From Octopus sinensis (taxonomy: Eukaryota), in assembly GCF_006345805.1 (NCBI RefSeq), contig NC_042998.1, positions 147,498,001-147,562,000 on the forward strand: a DNA stretch of 64,000 nt. Reading direction: 5' to 3'. Of this stretch, positions 55,301 to 64,000 are shown piece by piece. Position 1 is the first letter of the stretch. Every line of letters begins with the position of its first letter. A program made the position numbers and the translations under genes. A model generated the notes under the pieces. It worked only from the letters and a program-made list of their open reading frames with translations, searched no databases and was not told where the DNA came from.

Positions 55301-58300
55301 GATCAATAAATAAATACAAAAATGAATTGGTAAAAATATTTACTTTGATTTAGTTCAGGAATAAGGATATTGATTTTCTCTACCAAATTTTCACTCAATT
55401 CTTTCAGCTCTGAGAGTTTGGTTCCATCTGAAATTGAAGAAAAAAAGAGGAAAAATCCTTTTGAATTAAGGATTTCTTCTTGAGTAAATATAAGAGGATT
55501 TTTGAGCACGCACAGAAGTAGTTTTGAGCAAGTACAAGAATATTTTTCTACATACTTAAAAATACAGATGCAATGCATCTATCCTGGACTGGTGCTTATT
55601 TATTGACCTTAAAAAGAATAAAAGAAGTTGACTTTGGCAGAATTTGAATCCAGAACAGCAAATGTCAGTACAAACACTAACAAATATCTTAACTGAATCT
55701 ACAAAGTTGCCATTAATGACAGCGGCAGCACTACTTAGAGAATCAGACAAAATATGATCTTTGTCTTTCATTGCTTCACGGTCAATAAAAAATATTAAAC
55801 TAATTCAGTGGTTTCTAAGAATGTTTAACAATCTTGGCACAGGGCCAGCAGTTTTTGAAGGGAAGGGGAAGTCAATTACAACAACCCCAGTATTCAGCTG
55901 GTACTTATTTTATTGATTCCGTAAAAATGAAAGGCAAAATCAACCTGGGACGAATTTGAACTCAGAACATAAGGACGGATGAAATGCCATTAAACATTTT
56001 ATCCTGATGTGCAAATGATTCTGCCAGCTCATCACTTTAGTGGCTTGTAAGAATGTCACACTAAATGCCTTGTAACATTTGTTCTAGAGCTTTGTGTTCT
56101 GAGTTCAAATACCACCATAACCCACTTTATCAGACACCAAGTTTTTACTGCCACCACCTAGCACCTTGGGTGTCTTTGGTGGACCCTACTTTGTTGCAAG
56201 CATTTTGGTCAGGGATCCAGTTTTCAAGATACTTTCTTCCCTCCCTCCCTCTCACCCAACAATCTCAAAGACCCTATAAAGGGTCATCAACACCAGCATC
56301 CCATCTGACTCATCATCATCATTACCATTTAGTGTAACATCTATTAAGCTGACATAAGTAGGATAGCTTGACAGGGTCTGATGGGGTTACAGCATTGCAT
56401 CAAGCTCCAATGTCTGCTCCAATGACATGATTTCTGCAGCTGGATGTTTTTCCTAACACTGATACCAGAGCTTTTGTCATGGCACCAGCATAAGTGGGAT
56501 CATTATGCAGTATACAAGATTAAGATCACCTTCAACTGAGTGGGTGGCTCTATGCAAGGCAATGAGAGGTTAAAGTTTGAAAGAAGGGGCTGGAAGAGGT
56601 TTCTTGCAGTAAAGGAGATGCATGGCTTCTTACATTATAGAAGAGTGGATAGGAGTTATTGGGGTGGATGTGGAAGGAGAGATAAAGATGGTGGTGATTA
56701 GGTGTCTGGGTGGACCTTAAGAAGAATAGGAAAGGTGGGGTGAGGTTACAAGAGTATATGGGGAAAGTGAGGGGTAGTTAAAGATGGGGTAAGAGTGGGG
56801 TGAGCACTATACTGAATGATAAACAAGTGTTGGATGGGGGAGAGAGGTGATGGTAAATATGAATTAGAGGGAAGGTGGGAGAGAGAGAGAGTAAAAGATT
56901 AAATAAATAAAACTCCATCATTAACACTGCAAAACATCAATAAAGTTTGAATTTTTCTAAGTTACCAGCAGTTTTCTATCTTACCATAGCAAATTGGATC
57001 CAGTAATTCTTTGTCTTTGGTAGTCAGGAACTTCAAAAGAAGGAGTCGTGCCTCGAGTTGAGAAACAAGCTTCTTTGATGCACTCCTCTTGTCCTGAACA
57101 ACAAAATCAATAGAAATATTACATTTGTTTCCATAGGTGAGGGGATGAAGAGGTGAAAGAGAGAGAGAGAAGGATAATACTTAACCAATACTCTCACCAT
57201 GTTATCTCCCCTCTTTTTTGTTCATTCATTTTTCCATGTCAGCATGAGTTAGAGCAGTGGTTCTCAAACAGGGTCCATATAAGATTTTTGGGGGTCCACA
57301 CAACAAAATAGTAAATTGGGGATCCACAAAAATGTTTTAAGGAGCTCTGAAAAATTTTGCTTTTGATTTATGTATTGGTATATACTGCAAAAAACAGCTA
57401 GATTTCTTTCTCTAACATTTTACACAATTCAACCTACACAAATTAATGTGTGAAAATATTAATAAATACCATTCTATAAAACTAGTTTTTAAACATTGAA
57501 TGGCAATAGGGGTCCACCATAATAAAATAGCAATCAAAGGGATTCATAGATAGAAAATGGTTGAGAACCCCTGAGAGGAATACACACATTATTGAGGCAT
57601 GAGATATATATATATATATAATCATCATAATTTTAACATTCACTTTTCCATACTTGCATGGGTTCAACAAAGTTTGTTGAAGCAGATTTTCTATAGCTGA
57701 ATGTCTCTTCCCATTACCAACCCTTAATTATTCCAAGCAAGGTAATATTCCCCTTAGTCCTTCAAACATGAACAGCACAATTGCCAGACATGTTTTCATG
57801 GAACATTGCAAATGAATGATACCACTTGTATGACAGTGACATTTATTTACAAGTAGTGTGCAATGTCAAGACAATGAGTCATGAACGCATTCTCACACAA
57901 ACACGTACTCGCATTCGTACACACACACACAAGTAATATATACAAAGAGGGTTTTTTTTGAGATACTTTGAAAATTTTTGAGATTTTGTGAATTGTTCCA
58001 GAAACATTTTCTTTGAGATTTTCTTTTGAAGTTTATTAAGCTTTTAAAAATCTTCCCTTCAAGCAATTTTAATATCTGTTTACCTTAATCTCCAAAACAC
58101 TTGTGTTAGATATTCCACAATCAACATGGAGCTCCTTAAATAGAAGCTCTTCTGACATCAACTGCTTCATTAGTCTGAAAGACAAAAATCAAAACTGTGA
58201 GAGTGAGGGGGAATTAGGAAATGTGTCACATTATTGTACTATTGTTTATCACAACTAATGGAAGACTAAGTGATTATAATGTAGATGATGAAAACTATGA

Positions 58301-59512
58301 TTATAGTGATGGTACGGATAACACTAACCAGAAAACTTATTACCATAAAATTGATGATGATAAGGAAGGTGATAATGATGAAAGACAGGAGAACTATGAT
58401 GAATGGAATTTGTTGAAGCAGATTTTCTACAGCTGGATGCCTTTCCCATTGCCAATCCACAATTGTTTCCAAACAAGGTAATATTTCGCTCATTTCAAAA
58501 ATGAGCTAAGAGAATGACTCAGAGTGGCTAGTGGCATGTATTTGAACAACATAGACAAATGCAGGTACATCAAATACCATACAACATGAAATTTTGATTT
58601 ATTAGAATTATCTCTGCCTCCAAAGGATATGTCATAATTACTAAAAGATATTTAAGACCAGCTTCACTTCAAAAAGGGAGATAATCTTAAGAATCAAGAA
58701 TTCTTAATGGCATGCTATTTAAGGAAAAGGACAGGTTTTCTACTCTTTTTTGTATAAGTCTAGGTTCCTTGAGTACTGCAGATAAGACCAAGCAATTGTC
58801 AAGGTGATGATGGCTATTGAGCCAGAAACAAGTGGTTACTAACTGTCCTCTTATCTACAGACAGTAAGCCTGTCCTTTTCTTCAATGACATATCAACTTT
58901 GGAGAATTCTTGACTCTTGAGGTTATCTCTTCTGTGGAGGTGGTCATAATTGCTATTTGATAATTATGATACATCCTCCAGAGTTGGAGATAATTTTAAC
59001 AAAGCAAAAATTTATGTTGTATGGTATTTGATATATGTTTAGTTTTATATATACATACACACATGTATATATATATTCTTTTATTCTTTTACTTGTTTCA
59101 CTCATTTGACTGCAGCCCTACTGGGGCACCACCTTGAAGTGTTTTAGTTGAGCAAATCGATTCCAGGGCTTTTTTGAGCCTAGCACTTATCCTATTGGTT
59201 TCTTTGGCTGAACCATTAAGTAACAGGGATGTAAATACACAAACACCAGTTGTCAAGCAGTGATGGGGGGGGGGCTAAACAGGGTTACAAAGACTCACAC
59301 AGATATGTAGTTCAAGTTTACTGAAAACAAAAGATGAGAGGTGAAGGAACAACAAGCAGGTGTATTAGTTTAAAACTCAGGCAAAATGGGAAAATGTTTG
59401 ACATTTTAAGCCTCTGCTCTTTGACAAAATGGATTAAGAGGAACAAAAAAAAAAACAAAGATAAAAAATGTGTAGGGATTAACGGTTCAACATGATGAAT
59501 ACAGATCTATAC

Positions 59513-59559
<47 letters not shown>

Positions 59560-61109
59560 CTAGCAGTATCGCCCGGCGTTGCTCGGGTTTGTAAGGGAAA
59601 TAACTATATAGCATTTTTAGAGAGTTATAGCCAAAAAATAGCAAAAAATGCATTAAAAATGGAAAAAAAATGATGGTAATTTTTTTAAATCGTTGACTCA
59701 TCGTAGACATTTTTAGAGAGTTATTCCCTTATATAATAGCGAAAAAATGCATTAAAAATGGAAAAAAAATGATGGTAAATTTTTTTTTAAATCGTTGACT
59801 CATGTAGACGCTTTCTTAGCCATTTCTGTTTTGGTGTCTTCAAGCCATGAAGTCGTTGTTCTAAAAGAACGCTGGTCTCCTTGACAACGCATTACGACGT
59901 TGATTTCCTTACACTCCCTTCCCCACAGGTGCAGGTGTGAGCGTGGACGCCAACTCCGCCGCCATCGACACACGAAAAATTATGCATTAAAATGGAATAA
60001 AAAATGATGTTAAATTATTTTTAAAATCGTAGACTCATCGTTGACGCGCGCTAATAGTCAGACGGGCTCGATATGAATCACGACTATAAGCTACCCGAAT
60101 TTGGTTAAACTGCACCGCAAAATGTGGGAGTAGTTAGGAATCTAAATCGAAGGGGACAGACACTCACACAACTACAGTTTTATATATATAGATATACATA
60201 GCGCAGTAGTGGTGAGATGTGACAGCAAAGAAAAGCATACATTCACTCTCTGCATGCAATTAGACTCGGAAAGTTCGTGAGGAACCCATTGACCCAATTT
60301 GCTGACTTTTCCGATAGCACACAGGTCTCAATGAATGGTTGAATGACCAAATCCAAGCTTCTCTGCTAGTTCCTCAACAGTTACGATGAGATTTTGTTCC
60401 ACCAGGGTTTTCAGGATGTCCTTGTCGAGTTCTACAGATCTTTCAGGATGAGGCTCGTCTTCTAGGCTGTAGTTTATGGCTCGGAATTTCTGGAACCACC
60501 ATTGACACTGCCTTACGCTTATTGTCCAATCCCCATATACTGCATTAATATTTCTTGTACTTTCCGTTGCGTTGTTGTCTTTATTGAACTCATAAAGCAA
60601 AATATGCCAAATATGCTCCTTTGTTACTTCCAATATAGCTTTGAAAAAAATAGCTGTTAAAATCGAAATTCACTCTTCAAAACTTGCACTATGAATAAGG
60701 ACAAGATAAAATTACTACCTGCTTTTATAGCAAGTTAATATAAGTAGTTTATCCCATTCCCCTCTGACATTTAGTTCAAGCTGTTGAAAAAACCGCATTA
60801 TTATATATATATATACATACATACATACATACATATACACACACACTCTCTCTCTCACACACATGCACACATTTATATTCTGTTATTGTTTTATACGTTT
60901 CAGCCTTGAGGTTGTGGCCATGCTGGATCATGTGTGTGTGTGTGTGTGTGTCTATCTGTCTGTCTCTCTGTATGTATATATGTATATGTATGTGTGTAAA
61001 CAATAATATTTTCAACAGATGTGTTGCAGATGTATCTGATTGTTCTCAAGCTTCAATACTGTGTGTGTGTGTATGTGTGTGTGTGTGTATGTATGTATAT
61101 GTATGTATG

Positions 61110-61140
<31 letters not shown>

Positions 61141-62461
61141 GTGTGTATGTATGTGTGTGTGTGTGTATGTATGTGTGTATGTATGTATGTATGTATGTAT
61201 GTATGTATGTATGTATGTATGTATGAGTGTATGTTTACTTTATTACTCTCTGGCTATTTACTCTCTTCCAAGAACATTTTCACTCACTCTTATGTGTTAG
61301 CTTCCCATACATTTTACTCATGTATCTATCAGTCATCAGTCGTCATAGCATTCTATTGTCTACCTGTCAACACACTGAATTAGTTTCACTTTATTCGTAG
61401 CACACTGTGTGTGTGCGTTTGCGTGTGGTGTAAACCAGACTAAGAAAAGCATTTGACACACACACCAGAATGTGAGTTTTCTGTAAATTTTGCTTAATTG
61501 GAGTTTAAATTTTAAAAACTGGACCTGGCATGACGCGATGCATTGTACTCTTAAAAATGCTAGGTAAATTGTAATTGAAGAAATCCTATATTGTAGATTT
61601 GTATAACTCCCAAAGGGAGGCAGATAAAATCTGCCTTTTATAATAAGAGATATATATATATCTCTTATTATAAAAGGCAGATTTTATCTGCCTCCCTTTG
61701 GGAGTTATACAAATCTACAATATAGCATTTCTTCAATTACAATTTACCTACCATTTTTAAGAGTACAATGCATCGCGTCATGCCAGGTCCCGTTTTTAAA
61801 ATTTAAACTCCAATTAAGCAAAATTTACAGAAAACTCACATTCTGGTGTGTGTGTCAAATGCTTTTCTTAGTCTGGTTTACACCACACGCAAACGCACAC
61901 ACACAGTGTGCAATGAATAAACTGAAACTAATTCACTGTGTGTTGACAGGTAGAAAATAGAATGCGATGGCGATGGCTATGGCGATGGCGATGGCTATGG
62001 CGATGGCGATGGCGATGGCTATGGCGATGGCGATGGCTATGGCGATGGCGATGGCTATGGCGATGGCGATGTAATATTTGTTTCTCTCTATGACGCTCAT
62101 AAAAGCATTGATGTACATGTGTGCGTGCGTGAGTGTGTGTGTGTCATTCCTCACACACACGCATACACATACATATATGAGAGTGGCAAACACAAACGTT
62201 TCAAACAACTACATACAAACACGTGTGTGTTTGTTATTAGTAAAAAAATGCGCCAAAACACAACTCACTTATCATTCCAACACATTTGCAAAGACACACG
62301 GATGGTCGAATAACAATACAGAAAAGGTAAATAGGTTTTTTTTACTCTGTATATATTTTATTATATAATATTATATATAGATATATGTTATATAATTGCA
62401 CCAAACCGCCCGAAAAAAATTTTGGTTAATGTGACCAAGCCGCCCGAATTTACCTATTCAT
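40245..62461 (-). CDS. 13-exon gene, 425 aa: coiled coil + tandem-RWD-like C-terminus (Zwint-1-like/kinetochore RWD protein candidate)
   Basis: Hand-spliced exons with GT-AG boundaries and matching phases total 1278 nt, open to TAG at 40245-40247: MNRLMKQLMSEELLFKEL...KLEKQLNLSQQLYQVYESFTGVSL...QINDIQNRLPADWMQHLNRLRVVVGKNANIICTLQL...SVKEWVAYLEEYFG*. Exons 1 and 7 are the least certain. Family identity is inference. Confidence 0.85.
40420..40770. repeat. 30 bp minisatellite (~11-12 units) in intron 12
   Basis: Unit tcttacctacatactgaggtaaattgggtc; period of 30 is visible in the register of the text. Confidence 0.9.
40934..41093 (-). CDS. Exon 12 (LPADWMQHLNRLRVVVGKNANIICTLQL...KGNIS)
   Basis: ttctattttatttag|A ... 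TCG|gtgagt; 160 nt, phase 2 to 0. Confidence 0.92.
42809..42848 (-). ncRNA. Minimal type-I hammerhead ribozyme, near intact, in the sense strand of intron 11
   Basis: AACUGU CUGAUGA ACG guaa CAU GAAAC uaa GUA ACAGUU: 6 bp stem I, intact core, one C-A mismatch in stem II. Confidence 0.7.
43000..43350 (+). mobile_element. RTE-clade LINE 3' fragment
   Basis: LRSILKIRWPEHISNMELWQRT...WKWIG..RK..GRPKNSWRR. Confidence 0.85.
43371..43412 (+). ncRNA. Degenerate inverted copy of the 42809-42848 hammerhead
   Basis: aactat CCAGCGA atg gtaa cgt GAAAC cttga GTA acagtt; core mutated. Confidence 0.5.
43938..44080 (-). CDS. Exon 11 (VNNSDVYITDCIEHVQ...KEQINDIQN)
   Basis: ttcttcttgccacaacag|GTG ... ACAG|gtaaag; 143 nt, phase 0 to 2; missed by the ORF track. 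Confidence 0.92.
46148..46322 (-). CDS. Exon 10 (SQQLYQVYESFTGVSLKKYDKNSVQIELK...MLVSDVQ)
   Basis: ctccatctttacacag|A ... CAG|gtaaat; 175 nt, phase 2 to 0. Confidence 0.92.
46720..47010. mobile_element. piggyBac-like MITE remnant
   Basis: Ends aaatatggcaacaaaagggttaa; related right end aaatatagtaacgaaagggttaa at ~63190-63214; left end decayed. Confidence 0.45.
47297..47472 (-). CDS. Exon 9 (coiled coil LSKIEMAK...QKLEKQLN)
   Basis: ttgttgttgttcag|CTC ... AATTT|gtaggt; 176 nt, phase 0 to 2; lies inside track ORF 47293-47523. Confidence 0.92.
48375..48970 (-). mobile_element. tRNA(Arg)-head SINE with family-C tail, interrupted by a SINE B copy
   Basis: Head matches 12356-12540; tail matches ~36320-36495; SINE B at 48493-48689 with TSD cacatgtacc. 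Confidence 0.85.
49141..49242 (-). CDS. Exon 8 (SQQYSKLKREKVDKIQEIFEQHLPVSDFYLHEDL)
   Basis: ttttcttctctcctag|TCT ... TTG|gtatgt; 102 nt, phase 0 to 0. Confidence 0.9.
49991..50029 (+). ncRNA. Degenerate minimal hammerhead motif (different family)
   Basis: acg CCGAUGA cgg..uca GAAAC ucga GUC cgu; perfect palindrome ACUCGAGU in stem III; U4 and stem II mutated. Confidence 0.45.
50243..51090 (-). mobile_element. RTE-clade LINE, 5'-truncated, with complete 3' UTR and (GAT)n tail
   Basis: ORF 50480-51181: KGRLYDACVRTAMLHG.ETW, RLRWYGHVLR, GRGRPRKTW; 18 nt in-frame tandem (STPDPQ) near the C-terminus. Its 3' UTR is the source of many short fragments (~55-130, 41140-41340, 42190-42420, 44580-44850, 52690-52920, 53270-53480, 57610-57870, 63760-64000). 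Confidence 0.92.
51393..51453 (-). CDS. Exon 7 (DKLPKDCTLFFEVKLFLNVK)
   Basis: cttttccctgcttttctag|A ... AAA|gtaaac; phase 2 to 0; an alternative in-frame donor GAA|gtgaaa would start the intron at 51416. Confidence 0.6.
51966..52016. repeat. 20 bp-stem hairpin in intron 6
   Basis: GATAGGTGTCCTCACCTTGT / 11 nt loop / ACAAGGTGAGGACACTTATC: 19 Watson-Crick pairs + 1 G-U on plus. Confidence 0.9.
52458..52498 (-). CDS. Exon 6 (NFVDLQIQSTGYG)
   Basis: atttttccctag|AAC ... GGAGA|gtgagt; 41 nt, phase 0 to 2; follows a 67 nt intron. Confidence 0.75.
52566..52630 (-). CDS. Exon 5 (FANLQEKIRILADKVTAVKAM)
   Basis: ttctcctttctttcag|GA ... ATG|gtaaga; 65 nt, phase 1 to 0. Confidence 0.9.
55344..55427 (-). 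CDS. Exon 4 (GTKLSELKELSENLVEKINILIPELNQ)
   Basis: ttcttcaatttcag|AT ... CAAA|gtaaat; 84 nt, phase 1 to 1. Confidence 0.9.
56985..57093 (-). CDS. Exon 3 (DKRSASKKLVSQLEARLLLLKFLTTKDKELLDPICY)
   Basis: ttttgttgttcag|GAC ... TATG|gtaaga; 109 nt, phase 0 to 1. Confidence 0.9.
57255..57573. mobile_element. hAT-type MITE
   Basis: TIRs cagtggttctcaaac / ggttgagaacccctg; TSD not recognisable. Confidence 0.7.
58084..58174 (-). CDS. Exon 2 (LMKQLMSEELLFKELHVDCGISNTSVLEIK)
   Basis: tttttgtctttcag|A ... AAG|gtaaac; 91 nt, phase 2 to 0. Confidence 0.85.
58568..59033. mobile_element. Old fold-back MITE (TA-flanked)
   Basis: ~190 bp diverged inverted arms (atcaaataccatacaacat.../...atgttgtatggtatttgat) around a ~100 bp spacer. 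Confidence 0.75.
59559..60193 (-). mobile_element. Non-autonomous Helitron-like element (H1)
   Basis: 5' a|TCTATATATA; 3' cccgagcaacgccgggcg...CTAG|t; internal tandem subunits; ~160 bp extra segment absent from H2. Confidence 0.75.
60235..60700 (-). mobile_element. Mariner transposase 5' fragment
   Basis: ORF 60328-60633 (HILLYEF..WFQKFR...EELAEKLG..HSTI) continuing after a break into WVPHEL. Confidence 0.9.
61348..61965. repeat. ~620 bp near-perfect palindrome centred on (TA)n at ~61655
   Basis: Two ~300 bp arms with few mismatches and no loop; each arm has the hairpin aggcagat-aaa-atctgcct near the centre. Confidence 0.95.
61660..62381 (-). mobile_element. Helitron/Helentron-like non-autonomous element with internal (GCGATG)n
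   Basis: 5' a|TCTATATATAAT at ~62381, hexamer microsatellite 61962-62071, terminal hairpin; classification is inference. Confidence 0.5.
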
Positions 62462-62640
62462 ATTTAAATGAGAATATCAGAGTAAATCTCTTTAGTACAT
62501 TCGTGAAAATACGTATTATACTTCGTAAACACTTCAAATACAGTTTTGTACAAAAATCGAAGTGTAATTTTAATTCCGTGATTATGGGAGATTTTTTTTC
62601 CGAAATTTGTTCCTATTGTGTTTTCAAAATTTGTAATTCT
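62400..62640 (-). promoter_or_regulatory. Candidate promoter-proximal region of the minus-strand gene
   Basis: CpGs retained; two CCGCCC GC-box-like motifs (62406-62411, 62440-62445) beside the putative exon-1 donor. Confidence 0.35.
62454..62461 (-). CDS. Exon 1 coding part (ATG AAT AG; M-N-R)
   Basis: aaatATG AAT AG|gtaaat; phase-2 donor matches the phase-2 acceptor of exon 2; CpG-containing local context. Other candidates exist (see findings). Confidence 0.5.
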
Positions 62641-63321
62641 GACAAAAATGGATACGAATTTCATTATATCAAGCAGCGAGTCAGAATTCGAAGGATTTTC
62701 TACTGAAGACCTTCATAAATCTAACTCTATGACTGAAAAAAAAAAGCATGTGGTATTTGATCTCAACCTAAACAAAGCGAAAGAAACGATAGTTTGTTAT
62801 TTCCCACAACCTTAAATGAAATTAAGGCCTATTTTGCCATAAATATTATTATGGGTATTAGAAAGTTACCCAGAATAACAAATTCTATCGTAAAATTTTG
62901 TTGTATACCCATTGAATATTAGCTAATAACCCATTTTCTATAGCGATGTTTGAACAAAATTTTAATAATTTTATATATTGTTGAATTTACCTGTATCTAC
63001 CTGCAATTAGAGTCACTTTGTGACAAAAATTATAGTATAGAATTGGTTGAGAACATTTCACTAAATTATCTTCCAAAAATCAGATTAATGTATTCATAAA
63101 TAAAAAAGTTATAGTTGTTTAATGAAACCAGACTAAATTTATGATTACGTTAGAAATTAATTGAAACACATAAGGGGTGTATTTTGGTCAGAAATATAGT
63201 AACGAAAGGGTTAAGAAAAACCAAAAAATATTTTATTCTTTGTAAATGTTGTGTTCAAAATAACATTTCCTTTTAAGAATGTGTATATAACAAAGTATGT
63301 GTATATAACTACGTGGCTTAT

Positions 63322-63718
63322 ATCTTTATATATAAGAGTGAAGTTGTGTGTCTGTCTCCTACGATTTAGATTCGTAACTACTCCCACATTTTGCGGTGTA
63401 GTTTAACCAAAAGCGGGTATCTTATAGTCGTGATTCACATCGAGCCCTTCTGGGTATTAGCGCGCGTCTACGATGAGTCTACGATTTAAAAAAATTTACC
63501 ATCATATTTTTCCATTTTAATGCATATTTTTCGTTATTATATAAGGGAAGTAACTCTCTAAAAATATCTACGATGTGTCAACGATTTAAAAAAAAAATTA
63601 CCTTAATTTTTTTTCAATTTTTAATGCATTTTTTTGCTATTTTTTGGCTATAACTCTCTAAAAATGCTTATATAGTTATTTCCCTTACAAACCCGAGCAA
63701 CGCCGGGCGATACTGCTA

Positions 63719-63720
<2 letters not shown>
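63322..63720 (+). mobile_element. Non-autonomous Helitron-like element (H2), inverted relative to H1
   Basis: a|TCTTTATATATAA ... acccgagcaacgccgggcgatactgCTAG|t. Confidence 0.8.
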
Positions 63721-63756
<36 letters not shown>

Positions 63757-63759
63757 TCA

Positions 63760-64000
63760 TCATCATCATCATCATTTAGCGTCCGTTTTCCATGCTAGCA
63801 TGGGTTGGACGGTTCTACTGGGGTCTGTGAAGCCAGAAGGCTTCATCAGGCCCAGTCAAATCTGGCAGTGTTTCTACGGCTGGGTGCCCTTCCTAACGCC
63901 AACCACTCCGTGAGTGTAGTGGGTGCTTTTTACGTGCCACCCGCACTGGTGCCAGACAGAGCTGGCAAACGGCCACGAACGGATGGTGCTTTTTATGTGC
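63760..64000 (-). mobile_element. RTE 3' end/UTR running off the window
   Basis: Matches 50243-50460; (GAT)n tail. Confidence 0.85.

Noticed and set aside
58221-58481. Acidic 86 aa plus ORF (DDENYDYSDG...)
   Set aside because: Decayed (GAT)n tail running into an RTE 3' UTR fragment
59340-59490. Decayed repeat vaguely resembling a hammerhead carrier
   Set aside because: Core nucleotides are not recoverable from this copy

Overview
Eukaryotic, AT-rich, microsatellite- and SINE-saturated DNA. The repeat landscape points to an octopus/coleoid cephalopod (inference). Most ORFs in the supplied track are microsatellite or transposon artefacts. One real multi-exon gene can be assembled by hand on the minus strand: 13 exons from ~62,461 to 40,245, all GT-AG and phase-consistent, 425 aa. 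It has an N-terminal coiled coil and a C-terminal region that looks like a tandem RWD, and is most plausibly a Zwint-1-like/kinetochore protein (identity unverified). From 8.7 to 23.5 kb lies a (TAA)n-microsatellite 'sink' holding six distinct R4/Dong-type restriction-like-endonuclease LINE fragments and five copies of a ~550 bp non-autonomous element, all oriented with (AAT)n on their sense strand. Tx1/L1-type LINE copies share a ~40 nt 3' end with one of the SINE families. Several unrelated minimal hammerhead-ribozyme motifs of Penelope type occur, repeatedly at fold-back junctions; one nearly intact copy lies in the sense strand of intron 11 of the gene. Also present are mariner, hAT, piggyBac-like and Helitron-like relics, a ~620 bp near-perfect palindrome in intron 1, and a 30 bp minisatellite that repeats AG|GTAAGA in the last intron. 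All coordinates were read by eye; repeat boundaries are approximate.
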